Virus record (IMG/VR): IMGVR_UViG_3300045988_027716 | Length of the DNA: 18,506 nucleotides | Reading direction: 5' to 3' (one strand) | From: a virus | Shown here: piece after piece, positions 1 to 5,969 of the stretch | Layout of the letters: each line of letters opens with the position of its first letter | Numbering within the stretch: position 1 is the first letter of the stretch | The notes under the pieces: model-generated | Database searches by the model: none | Seen by the model: the letters and a program-made list of their open reading frames with translations, nothing else | Told to the model about the DNA's origin: nothing | Translations under genes and position numbers: made by a program

Positions 1-240
1 AACGGACACCCCTCCCACCGGGTGCCCGTTTGTGGTTTTTTTCCCATTGGGTTTTTTATTTTGCTTGTGGATTTTTTTTGTTTTTGTTTTGTTGTTTGTC
101 GTTTTTTTGTTGTCGTTCATGTTGTCTCCTTCTTTTGTTTTCAATATCAAGTATACTCTTGTTTTTGGTTTTTGTCTCGGCGTGTTGCATATTCCCGCCC
201 CTTTTTTCTTTCCGGTTTTTCTTGTTTGTTTTTTTGTTTT
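1..240. repeat. Left inverted terminal repeat, perfect 240-bp copy
   Basis: Bases 1-240 are the exact reverse complement of 18267-18506. The first mismatch is at 241 versus 18266. The two ITR-derived ORFs in the track share 73 identical N-terminal residues, consistent with this. Confidence 0.97.
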
Positions 241-255
241 TTTGGGCGTGTCGTT

Positions 256-284
256 TTGTGGTTTTCTGTGTTTTCGGGTATATT
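256..284 (+). promoter_or_regulatory. Candidate inward-facing early promoter at the left end (TTGTGG-17 nt-TATATT)
   Basis: -35 TTGTGG at 256-261, a 17-nt spacer, and -10 TATATT at 279-284. The right end has a mirror element with the same spacing. The first ATG (331) lies 47 nt after the -10. Confidence 0.45.
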
Positions 285-330
285 AGTTTATGTCAAGGGA
301 AACGACAGACTTGAAAGGTTGGAAAACAAA

Positions 331-486
331 ATGACTACTTACGTTTTTGATTATGCGGCGGATCGGTTCGATACCGAGCAGCCTGTGCAGACGGCTACTC
401 TTGAGTGGAGCACTGTGGATGGCGAAGGTTGTTATCATCGTCACTCGCTCTGCATGGAGCACCACCACAGTGGGGGACGGCTTTAA
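331..486 (+). CDS. Hypothetical small protein (51 aa), left-end ORF A
   Basis: ATG at 331, about 40 nt downstream of the predicted start site. The N-terminal half (MTTYVFDYAADRFDTEQPVQTATLEWSTVDGE) looks protein-like, but the C-terminal third (CYHRHSLCMEHHHSGGRL) does not. It overlaps ORF B in another frame. Confidence 0.35.
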   Translation: MTTYVFDYAADRFDTEQPVQTATLEWSTVDGEGCYHRHSLCMEHHHSGGRL

Positions 487-610
487 GGCCGCGAAGCGGG
501 CGGCGTTGGCCGTTGTGGGCGCGGATTATCCGGGCGTGGTGTATAGGGTGCGTGATTGTTGGCGTAGGGGTAAGGTCTATGCGTCGTTCCTTGTTGACGT
601 TATTGATTAG
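419..610 (+). CDS. Hypothetical small protein (63 aa), left-end ORF B
   Basis: ATG at 419 is preceded by GGAG (407-410) with an 8-nt spacer. The product MAKVVIIVTRSAWSTTTVGDGFKAAKRAALAVVGADYPGVVYRVRDCWRRGKVYASFLVDVID looks protein-like. It ends 10 nt before a strong hairpin terminator. Confidence 0.45.
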   Translation: MAKVVIIVTRSAWSTTTVGDGFKAAKRAALAVVGADYPGVVYRVRDCWRRGKVYASFLVDVID

Positions 611-618
611 GGATAAGT

Positions 619-650
619 AAGCCCCTAGGTGATGAGCCTAGGGGCTTTGT
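619..650. terminator. Bidirectional intrinsic terminator between convergent genes
   Basis: Perfect stem GCCCCTAGG (621-629) with CCTAGGGGC (637-645), extendable by two A-T pairs (619/620 with 646/647), and a 7-nt loop. It is followed by TTTGTTGTG on the plus strand and by TTACTTAT on the minus strand. It sits between the plus-strand ORF ending at 610 and the minus-strand endolysin ending at 666. Confidence 0.7.
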
Positions 651-665
651 TGTGTCCTGGTTGTG

Positions 666-1487
666 TTAGTCGTTGAGTCGTTTGGCGAGTTCCGCGGCGA
701 CTTGCTGGCCGAGAGTGTTTTTTAGGCTGTCCGCCAGTTTTCCGACTTGTTCGTCGGTCAGTGCCTTGCCGTTGTCGGGTTTGAGGCCGTTGACTGCAAG
801 GTAGGTGCTTTCGACGTTGTTGAGGATGGCGGGGAGGTAGTCGAAGGGGAATTGTTTGCTGATGGGTCCGAGTCGTTTTGCGATGGAGTCCATGCGGTGC
901 TTGAGGTCTTGTAGTGCGTATTCGACTGTGACGTTCTGTCCGTCCCATGTGATCGGATCGGTTTTTGCTGGCATGTCGTTGCCTCCTAATAGTTCGTTTG
1001 CTTTGTTGATGACGTAGTCTACGTCAAGTCCGTTGATGGTGTTGTCGGGGCACCCGTAGTGGTCGGTGCCGGGGACTTCGCGGTGTAGCCATATGTTGCC
1101 GTTGAGGCCGTCGTGCCATAGATGCGTCCATCCTAGTCGTCGTGCTATGTCGGCGCAGAGTCGTGCGGAGGCGTCCATGCATGTTTGTGTGCAGGGTATT
1201 CCGGTTAGGCCGCCTTCGTGTTCGATGCTGATCGTGCTGTTGTTGCTCGCATAGTTTGCGTCGCTGTAACTCCCGTCGCCTTCGTGCACGTATTGGTGTA
1301 TGGTGCCGTCCGCGCCGATGCCGTAGTGGGCGCTCGCCTGTGAGGCGGGGTTTTTGAATACGCTGTCGGTTCCGGTGAGGTGGCCGACCATGATGTGGAG
1401 GGTGATGTGGGTGATCGTGTACCCGTTGCGTCCGTTGTAGTGGTTGGGTGAGCCTACCCATGTGATGCCGTCCATGTCACTCACCAT
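666..1487 (-). CDS. Endolysin: N-acetylmuramoyl-L-alanine amidase (Amidase_2/PGRP type) with an uncharacterised C-terminal region of ~90 aa
   Basis: Amidase_2-like motifs are visible: THITLHIMVG, SAHYGIGADGTIHQYV, NSTISIEHEGG and HREVPGTDHYGCPD. It overlaps the holin gene by 11 nt. The start could be ATG 1487 or ATG 1475. Confidence 0.88.
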   Translation of the reverse strand: MVSDMDGITWVGSPNHYNGRNGYTITHITLHIMVGHLTGTDSVFKNPASQASAHYGIGADGTIHQYVHEGDGSYSDANYASNNSTISIEHEGGLTGIPCTQTCMDASARLCADIARRLGWTHLWHDGLNGNIWLHREVPGTDHYGCPDNTINGLDVDYVINKANELLGGNDMPAKTDPITWDGQNVTVEYALQDLKHRMDSIAKRLGPISKQFPFDYLPAILNNVESTYLAVNGLKPDNGKALTDEQVGKLADSLKNTLGQQVAAELAKRLND

Positions 1488-1845
1488 GCCTGTGGTCGGT
1501 GTTGGTGGTGCTGAAGATCCGCATGAACGGTACGTCCTTGAGTTCGGGGTTGATCTCGGTGATGTTTTCGATGATCGAGGTCAGCTCGATGAGGCAGATG
1601 CCGCCGGCTGTGACCAGGTAGACGTGTACGGGTAGGTTGAGGTCAACGTGGGTGCTGAATACGTCGATCATGTATGAGGTCAGGATGAGGGCGAGGTAGG
1701 CGAATTTGTGGCCCAGTCCTTCGCGCATCTTTTTGGATGATAGGTTGCCGGCCATGATCGCCTTGACTATGCCGGTCATGTAGTCGGTTGCGACGAAGAA
1801 CAGCACTGCGATGAGCGCCCACACGTCGGGGTCGGTGAATGTCAT
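1477..1845 (-). CDS. Holin (Phage_holin_4_1 / toxin-secretion holin-like)
   Basis: 122 aa with hydrophobic segments and family-typical motifs (DYMTGIVKAI, SSKKMREGLGHKF, IELTSIIENI). It lies immediately upstream of the amidase. AAAGGA sits 9 nt before the ATG. Confidence 0.85.
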   Translation of the reverse strand: MTFTDPDVWALIAVLFFVATDYMTGIVKAIMAGNLSSKKMREGLGHKFAYLALILTSYMIDVFSTHVDLNLPVHVYLVTAGGICLIELTSIIENITEINPELKDVPFMRIFSTTNTDHRHGE

Positions 1846-1860
1846 ATGGTCATATCCTTT

Positions 1861-2964
1861 CTATTTGCCTAATAGTGTGCCTATGATGAGTGCGAAATCC
1901 GATTTGACTTGCGGTGTGTCGAATCTGAGTTTCCCGAGCCTGTAGCCTGTGGTGAGGCGGCGTATCACGTCGTCCGATTTTTTGACGTACCACGTGTTTT
2001 CGTCGACGTGGTTCGCGTCCAATGTGTAGACGGGGCGGTTGCTGTCCTTGGGGATGCGCCGTGAAACATATTGTGAGACGCTCCCGTTGCTGGAGTCGAC
2101 CGTCACCCAGATGCCGAAACGATTGTAGTCCTCCGTGTCCAGCACGTAGGACAGTTCGCCGTCTGTCGGTATGTCGGCTATGAGCGTGTCCGACTCGTCG
2201 CGGAACTTGTTGCGGATCGCATAATCCGCATAATCCTCGTCATACGCCTCCAGGAACCTGCCGAACCTTGATTGCGCCACCTTGGCCGAGAACCCTCCAT
2301 AGTCGGCCAACTCCAAGCAGATGAACCCGCCGCAATAGAGCTTGTATTGCTGGGCGTTCGCCTGCTGGGAACCGATATCAAGCCTGTATTTAGCGAAATA
2401 GGGATTAGCCTTCTGGACCGCGTTGGACAGAAACAGCACCTTGGTTCGGTCCTGCCAACGGTCAACCGTGTTATAGAACTCGGAGAACGAATTGACCTCA
2501 TTACTCAGGAACCGGAGGTTATCGGGGAAAATCTCATCGAATATAATGAGATGCACTTTTGGATAGGCCACCGACTTCAACCCCCCGGCCTGGGAGAGGG
2601 CGACGAAGTAGCAGCAGGTGCGCCAATCCTTCTCATCCCACGAAGATTTGTGCAACTGGCCTTTCTCGCCATTGATGCGAAACGTATACTCGGGGAAAAA
2701 CCCCTGAATATCCTTGAAGAACGTTTCCTTGCGCTTCTGTTCCACGTCGGTGCGACGCAGGTAGATGAATTCGTGGCCGTGCTTGAGGTATTCGCGGATC
2801 CCGTACCGTTTCGCGGCGAACGTCTTACCCAGGCCGCGCGCCCCGACGATGAAATTCCACGAAGCATTGCGGGTCAGAAGGTTGTGCAGATCGTAGTAGT
2901 CGCCTTCGTCCAACGTCTGCAACACCACTGTACTCACCTGCCCTTGATATGAGACGGCCGTCAC
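1861..2964 (-). CDS. DNA encapsidation ATPase (phi29 gp16-like)
   Basis: Walker A NFIVGARGLGKT and Walker B HLIIFDE, plus LFLSNAVQKANPYF. This is close to my recollection of phi29 gp16 (NFVIGARGIGKS, TIVFDEF, CLSNAVSVVNPYF). The start is uncertain: GTG 2964 lacks a clear RBS, and in-frame GTGs downstream near 2928 are possible. Confidence 0.92.
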   Translation of the reverse strand: MTAVSYQGQVSTVVLQTLDEGDYYDLHNLLTRNASWNFIVGARGLGKTFAAKRYGIREYLKHGHEFIYLRRTDVEQKRKETFFKDIQGFFPEYTFRINGEKGQLHKSSWDEKDWRTCCYFVALSQAGGLKSVAYPKVHLIIFDEIFPDNLRFLSNEVNSFSEFYNTVDRWQDRTKVLFLSNAVQKANPYFAKYRLDIGSQQANAQQYKLYCGGFICLELADYGGFSAKVAQSRFGRFLEAYDEDYADYAIRNKFRDESDTLIADIPTDGELSYVLDTEDYNRFGIWVTVDSSNGSVSQYVSRRIPKDSNRPVYTLDANHVDENTWYVKKSDDVIRRLTTGYRLGKLRFDTPQVKSDFALIIGTLLGK

Positions 2965-3067
2965 ACGTGCTGAGCGAGGGTACGTGTGGCGGCCTGTCCT
3001 GTCTCACTTGCCGGACGCGACGGGTAAGGTTGCGAAGCCCGTCACGCTTATCATTGATTATACCACG

Positions 3068-4339
3068 TTAGAACGCTGGGGGGTTGCTCTTGCCGTCCCA
3101 CACCGACAGCAGGGAGTAGGCGGTGTTGTATCTCGTCGTGTATGGGCCGAAGGGATAGGTGGCGAGGATGTTGGCCTTGAGCTGGGCGAGGTTCGACGCT
3201 TTCGGTACGTTGAGCGCGTTCGCAGGCGACTGGTGATAGGCCGTCACCCACAAGATCTGCATACGATCATCGTCATAGGTTTGGGGGTAGCCGGCGTAAT
3301 CCTCCGAGAACTGCTCGCGCTGACCCTCCCGGGACTCCGGACGCCCCGCGAACACTCGGAACGCCTCCGCCTCACCGGCGGTAAGAGGGCGGGTGAACGT
3401 GCCGCCGCCCGATTCGACCAGCGCCGCAACCTGCGGCGCCCCCGCCCTGAACGCGCTCCACCCAGTCGGGTCGGCGTCCCTCATCTTATTGAGCACCTGC
3501 AAACGTCTGTCGAAACTCCATTGCGCTATCCCGATGCCTTGCAGATTCGACTCGACCGCGTCCCAGCGCAACCCCGCCTCGACCGTCCCCACGACGTAAA
3601 GCGCATACGAGTTCTCCGCGCTCAGCGACGCGCTGGGCGTGGATTGCCCCTTGTCGCTGGACGGCTGTGATTGCGATGCTTTTTCCTGCCAGTTGTTCGC
3701 CGTCGATTTCCAAAATATCCGAGTGCGCGACCCGCTGTTATCCGACTCATGCAAACAGAGGTTATCACCCTGCTGGAGTATCCACGCGCCACCACGGGAC
3801 GAGTCCGGGGATCCGGGGCTGTTGTCACCGGTCGGGTTTGATTCGGAGGAAGAGGTTCCACCGCCCTCGCCCAGCGCTTTGGGGTGCAGGTATCCGAGGA
3901 AGGCGGTAAGGTCGAACGTCATGCGTTGCGCGGGGTTGGGGTTCTGCGACAACACTGTAATGCGCCCATTATGCACCCCGTCCTCCATCACGATCGAGAC
4001 GTGCGACCCCGTGTGCTGACCGGAGAAATTCCAAAACGCTACATCCCCCTTCACGGGGATATAGTCGGCGGGTTTCTTTTCGAAAATCTCCGCCATTTTG
4101 GCGTTCGTGGGGAACCGGGTGTAGTTGCCTTCGGCGTATCCGGTTGGGGTGATGCAGTCGGACACGGAGCACCCGTACAGGTCCATGCAATACTTGGCCC
4201 ATAGGTCCCAGCATTGCGCCCCGTAAGCCCCGTCCATGTCCCAGTATCTGCCTTGTGTCTGGGTTATCCAATCATCGAAAGTAATGGCCATATCGCAATT
4301 ATATGCGATATGGCCATCACGTTGGATGTGCATCACCAT
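3068..4339 (-). CDS. Tail-associated peptidoglycan hydrolase: N-terminal CHAP domain plus C-terminal lysozyme-like (phage tail lysozyme) domain
   Basis: CHAP signatures are present: GAQCWDLWAKY (Cys) and GSHVSIVMEDG...LSQN (His). A Gly/Ser/Pro linker (GEGGGTSSSESNPTGDNSPGSPDS) follows. The C-terminal motif VVGTVEAGLRWDAVESNLQGIGIAQWSFDRR resembles the tail-lysozyme pattern (E...G.G.aQW..R). Its position matches phi29 gp13. The start is ambiguous (ATG 4339, 4333 or 4291). Confidence 0.85.
   Translation of the reverse strand: MVMHIQRDGHIAYNCDMAITFDDWITQTQGRYWDMDGAYGAQCWDLWAKYCMDLYGCSVSDCITPTGYAEGNYTRFPTNAKMAEIFEKKPADYIPVKGDVAFWNFSGQHTGSHVSIVMEDGVHNGRITVLSQNPNPAQRMTFDLTAFLGYLHPKALGEGGGTSSSESNPTGDNSPGSPDSSRGGAWILQQGDNLCLHESDNSGSRTRIFWKSTANNWQEKASQSQPSSDKGQSTPSASLSAENSYALYVVGTVEAGLRWDAVESNLQGIGIAQWSFDRRLQVLNKMRDADPTGWSAFRAGAPQVAALVESGGGTFTRPLTAGEAEAFRVFAGRPESREGQREQFSEDYAGYPQTYDDDRMQILWVTAYHQSPANALNVPKASNLAQLKANILATYPFGPYTTRYNTAYSLLSVWDGKSNPPAF
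4284..4317. repeat. Perfect inverted repeat (14-bp arms, 6-nt centre) of unknown function
   Basis: ATGGCCATATCGCA (4284-4297) and TGCGATATGGCCAT (4304-4317) are exact reverse complements. The centre ATTATA reads TATAAT on the coding (minus) strand. The confidence value refers to the repeat existing, not to any function. Confidence 0.9.
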
Positions 4340-5790
4340 GCCATGGTGAATACGCCGCCCATCAAACCATTCGGGGTGCCATGGACCCCCGTCGTGGTAA
4401 ATGGCTGAATACCCACGGAGGAGGCGGTGCCGGCCGTATACGTGTCGACCTTGAACAACGTCGCCTCGTTAGCCGCATTGGATGCCATCAAGCACCACGG
4501 CCTCGGTTCGTTCGTCGTGTCGCCGTTCCGTTCCGCCCACTTCGGCAGGGCGTTCTTGATGGTGGTGAAGTTCGCGGGGGTGACGCCTCCCGCCATGTTC
4601 CAGCCGTAGGTGATGAGGCCGCCGGTGGCGTTGACGGTGAACAGCGCCTGCACGTTGGTGGAGTCCCTCCATGACCAGGATTCGGTGCGCCCGGTGTAGT
4701 TGTGGTGGATGTAGTCGAGCATGTAGGACACGATCACGTCGGTGCCCGTCGCGTTCGGGTGGATGTCCCCGGATGCGAAAAAGTTTTCGTTGCCGAGGTT
4801 CCATGTCCAGGCCCACGGGACCGCCTCGATGCCGGTCTCACGCGCCGCCTCGAGACATACTGCGGAATTGTACCGCCAGTAGTTGGACACGGGGGTCCAG
4901 TCCCACAGCACGGGGATGGTGATGATACGCGCGTTCGGGTATTCGCGTCTCACGTCGGCGTAGAAGGTGGTGGCCGCGGCCTTGAGGGTCCCAGAGTAGC
5001 CGTCATTGCTGTTGCGACTGCCGGCGATGACCACCAGTCCGACCGAACTGTGATCGTAGCTTGCGTCCGCCTTGGCCGTAACGAGTTCGCTCTGGTATGT
5101 GCTGTTCGGTGCGATGTACCCGGATCCCGCGACGCAATAATTGTGCAGCACGCTGTCCTCGCCGAGTCGGCTGTTGAGGACGGTCGGCCATTCGCACGTC
5201 TTGTCCGAGTTGATCCCGTAGGAGTCGCCGAAGGTGACGAGGTGGCCGTTGGTTTCGGACAGCGTCCTGAGGATCCGGGCGATATCAAGGTTCGCGGCGG
5301 CCGCTTCGGTGCTCGCCCTGTCCCACTTGGCTTTGGCCGTGGCGGCCTTCGCCGCGGTCTCGGCACCGAGCGCAGAGAGCGCGTCGGTGTTCGCCGTGGC
5401 CTTGCCGGTTGCGGTGGCCGCGTCGGTGATCGCCCTGGCCGCGTCGGCACTCGCCTTATCCCACTTGGCCTTGGCCGTGGTCGCCCTCTCTGCGGTCTCG
5501 GTGCCGAGCGCGGTCAACGCGGTCATGGAGTCGGTGGCGCCCGTGGCCGCATTGTCCCACTTGGTTTTGGCGGTGGTGGCGGCGTCCACGGTATTGTCAC
5601 CGAGTAGCGCCCTCACCACTTCCTCGTTGTGGGTTTCGCGTGATTCGACGCCTTCGATGCGGGTCAGGTGCGTTTCCAACGTCGTGTCGAGGATGTGCAT
5701 GGAGCCGTTGTAGCCGTCGCGCAGGTCGGCGGGGTCGGTGTCCCCGTAGAGGTTGAGGGCGTAATGGTCCGTTTTGGTGTATGTGGTCAT
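4333..5790 (-). CDS. Tail appendage or receptor-binding protein with a central SGNH/GDSL hydrolase (esterase) domain
   Basis: SGNH blocks are visible: FGDSYG (block I), VVIAGSRNSNDG (blocks II/III) and SGDIHPNATG (block V, DxxH). An Ala/Thr-rich repeat region lies N-terminal to it, and ~125 aa of unassigned sequence lie C-terminal. GGAGG sits 6 nt before ATG 5790. Its position matches phi29 gp12. Confidence 0.85.
   Translation of the reverse strand: MTTYTKTDHYALNLYGDTDPADLRDGYNGSMHILDTTLETHLTRIEGVESRETHNEEVVRALLGDNTVDAATTAKTKWDNAATGATDSMTALTALGTETAERATTAKAKWDKASADAARAITDAATATGKATANTDALSALGAETAAKAATAKAKWDRASTEAAAANLDIARILRTLSETNGHLVTFGDSYGINSDKTCEWPTVLNSRLGEDSVLHNYCVAGSGYIAPNSTYQSELVTAKADASYDHSSVGLVVIAGSRNSNDGYSGTLKAAATTFYADVRREYPNARIITIPVLWDWTPVSNYWRYNSAVCLEAARETGIEAVPWAWTWNLGNENFFASGDIHPNATGTDVIVSYMLDYIHHNYTGRTESWSWRDSTNVQALFTVNATGGLITYGWNMAGGVTPANFTTIKNALPKWAERNGDTTNEPRPWCLMASNAANEATLFKVDTYTAGTASSVGIQPFTTTGVHGTPNGLMGGVFTMAW
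5296..5580 (-). repeat. Intragenic tandem repeats (three copies of a TAKxKWD ... AL(T/S)ALG(T/A)ETA unit)
   Basis: The peptide units start at TTAKTKWDN, TTAKAKWDK and ATAKAKWDR, with Trp-to-Trp spacings of 32 and 46 aa. Matching DNA blocks CCCACTTGG(C/T)(T/C)TTGGC occur near 5321-5348, 5459-5486 and 5555-5582. Confidence 0.75.
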
Positions 5791-5957
5791 TGGTTGCCTC
5801 CGTTTGTTTCGCGCACCATGATTTCGAGCTGGTGTATTTTTTGGTCGATGATTCGCATGGCCTCATTGTATCCGTCCCGCAGGTCCATTGGCGTGGTGTC
5901 CGTGTACAGGGGGAGGGCGAGGTGGTGCGTGCGCTCGTATTGTCCGTTGTCCGTCAT
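5787..5957 (-). CDS. Small protein (56 aa) paralogous to the N-terminus of the downstream tail appendage protein; absent from the supplied ORF track
   Basis: Hand translation gives MTDNGQYERTHHLALPLYTDTTPMDLRDGYNEAMRIIDQKIHQLEIMVRETNGGNQ. AAGGA lies ~9 nt upstream of ATG 5957. The TGA stop overlaps the ATG of the next gene (ATGA). It shares the core LYxDTxPxDLRDGYNxxMxIxD with residues 1-45 of the 485-aa protein. Confidence 0.6.
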   Translation of the reverse strand: MTDNGQYERTHHLALPLYTDTTPMDLRDGYNEAMRIIDQKIHQLEIMVRETNGGNQ

Positions 5958-5969
5958 TGGTGTTGTCCT

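Noticed and set aside
1-30. Covalently closed hairpin telomeres (N15/Borrelia-style) as an explanation for the terminal dyad.
   Set aside because: The genome encodes a phi29-type polymerase with spacing that allows TPR1/TPR2 insertions and has long ITRs, both hallmarks of protein priming. No protelomerase-like gene is present.
22-314. ORFs running through the left ITR (22-486, 30-314, 32-286) and their mirror copies at the right end (N-terminal part of 17925-18485, 18098-18475, 18241-18477). They encode Phe/Cys/Val/Leu-rich, membrane-like peptides.
   Set aside because: They are what any frame of an almost A-free, T-rich repeat translates to. All three frames are open, the copies are identical at both ends only because of the ITR, none has an RBS, and they precede the predicted promoters. 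I treat them as non-coding origin DNA. Only the downstream parts (331-486 and 17925-18179) are kept as possible genes.
625-948. Alternative-frame minus-strand ORFs rich in Arg, Pro and Thr, for example 625-948, 1024-1461, 4950-5450, 10751-11341, 11338-11733, 11834-12244 and 13727-14155.
   Set aside because: They are out-of-frame overlaps of well-supported genes, and their composition is characteristic of frame-shifted GC-rich coding sequence.
2962-3047. Small stems in the gap between the lysin and ATPase genes: CACACGT/ACGTGTG at 2962-2988 and GACGGG/CCCGTC at 3019-3043. I considered them as terminators or regulators.
   Set aside because: The stems are short (6-7 bp) with large loops and no flanking U-tracts. 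Such structures are expected by chance in GC-rich DNA, so they are not reported as features.
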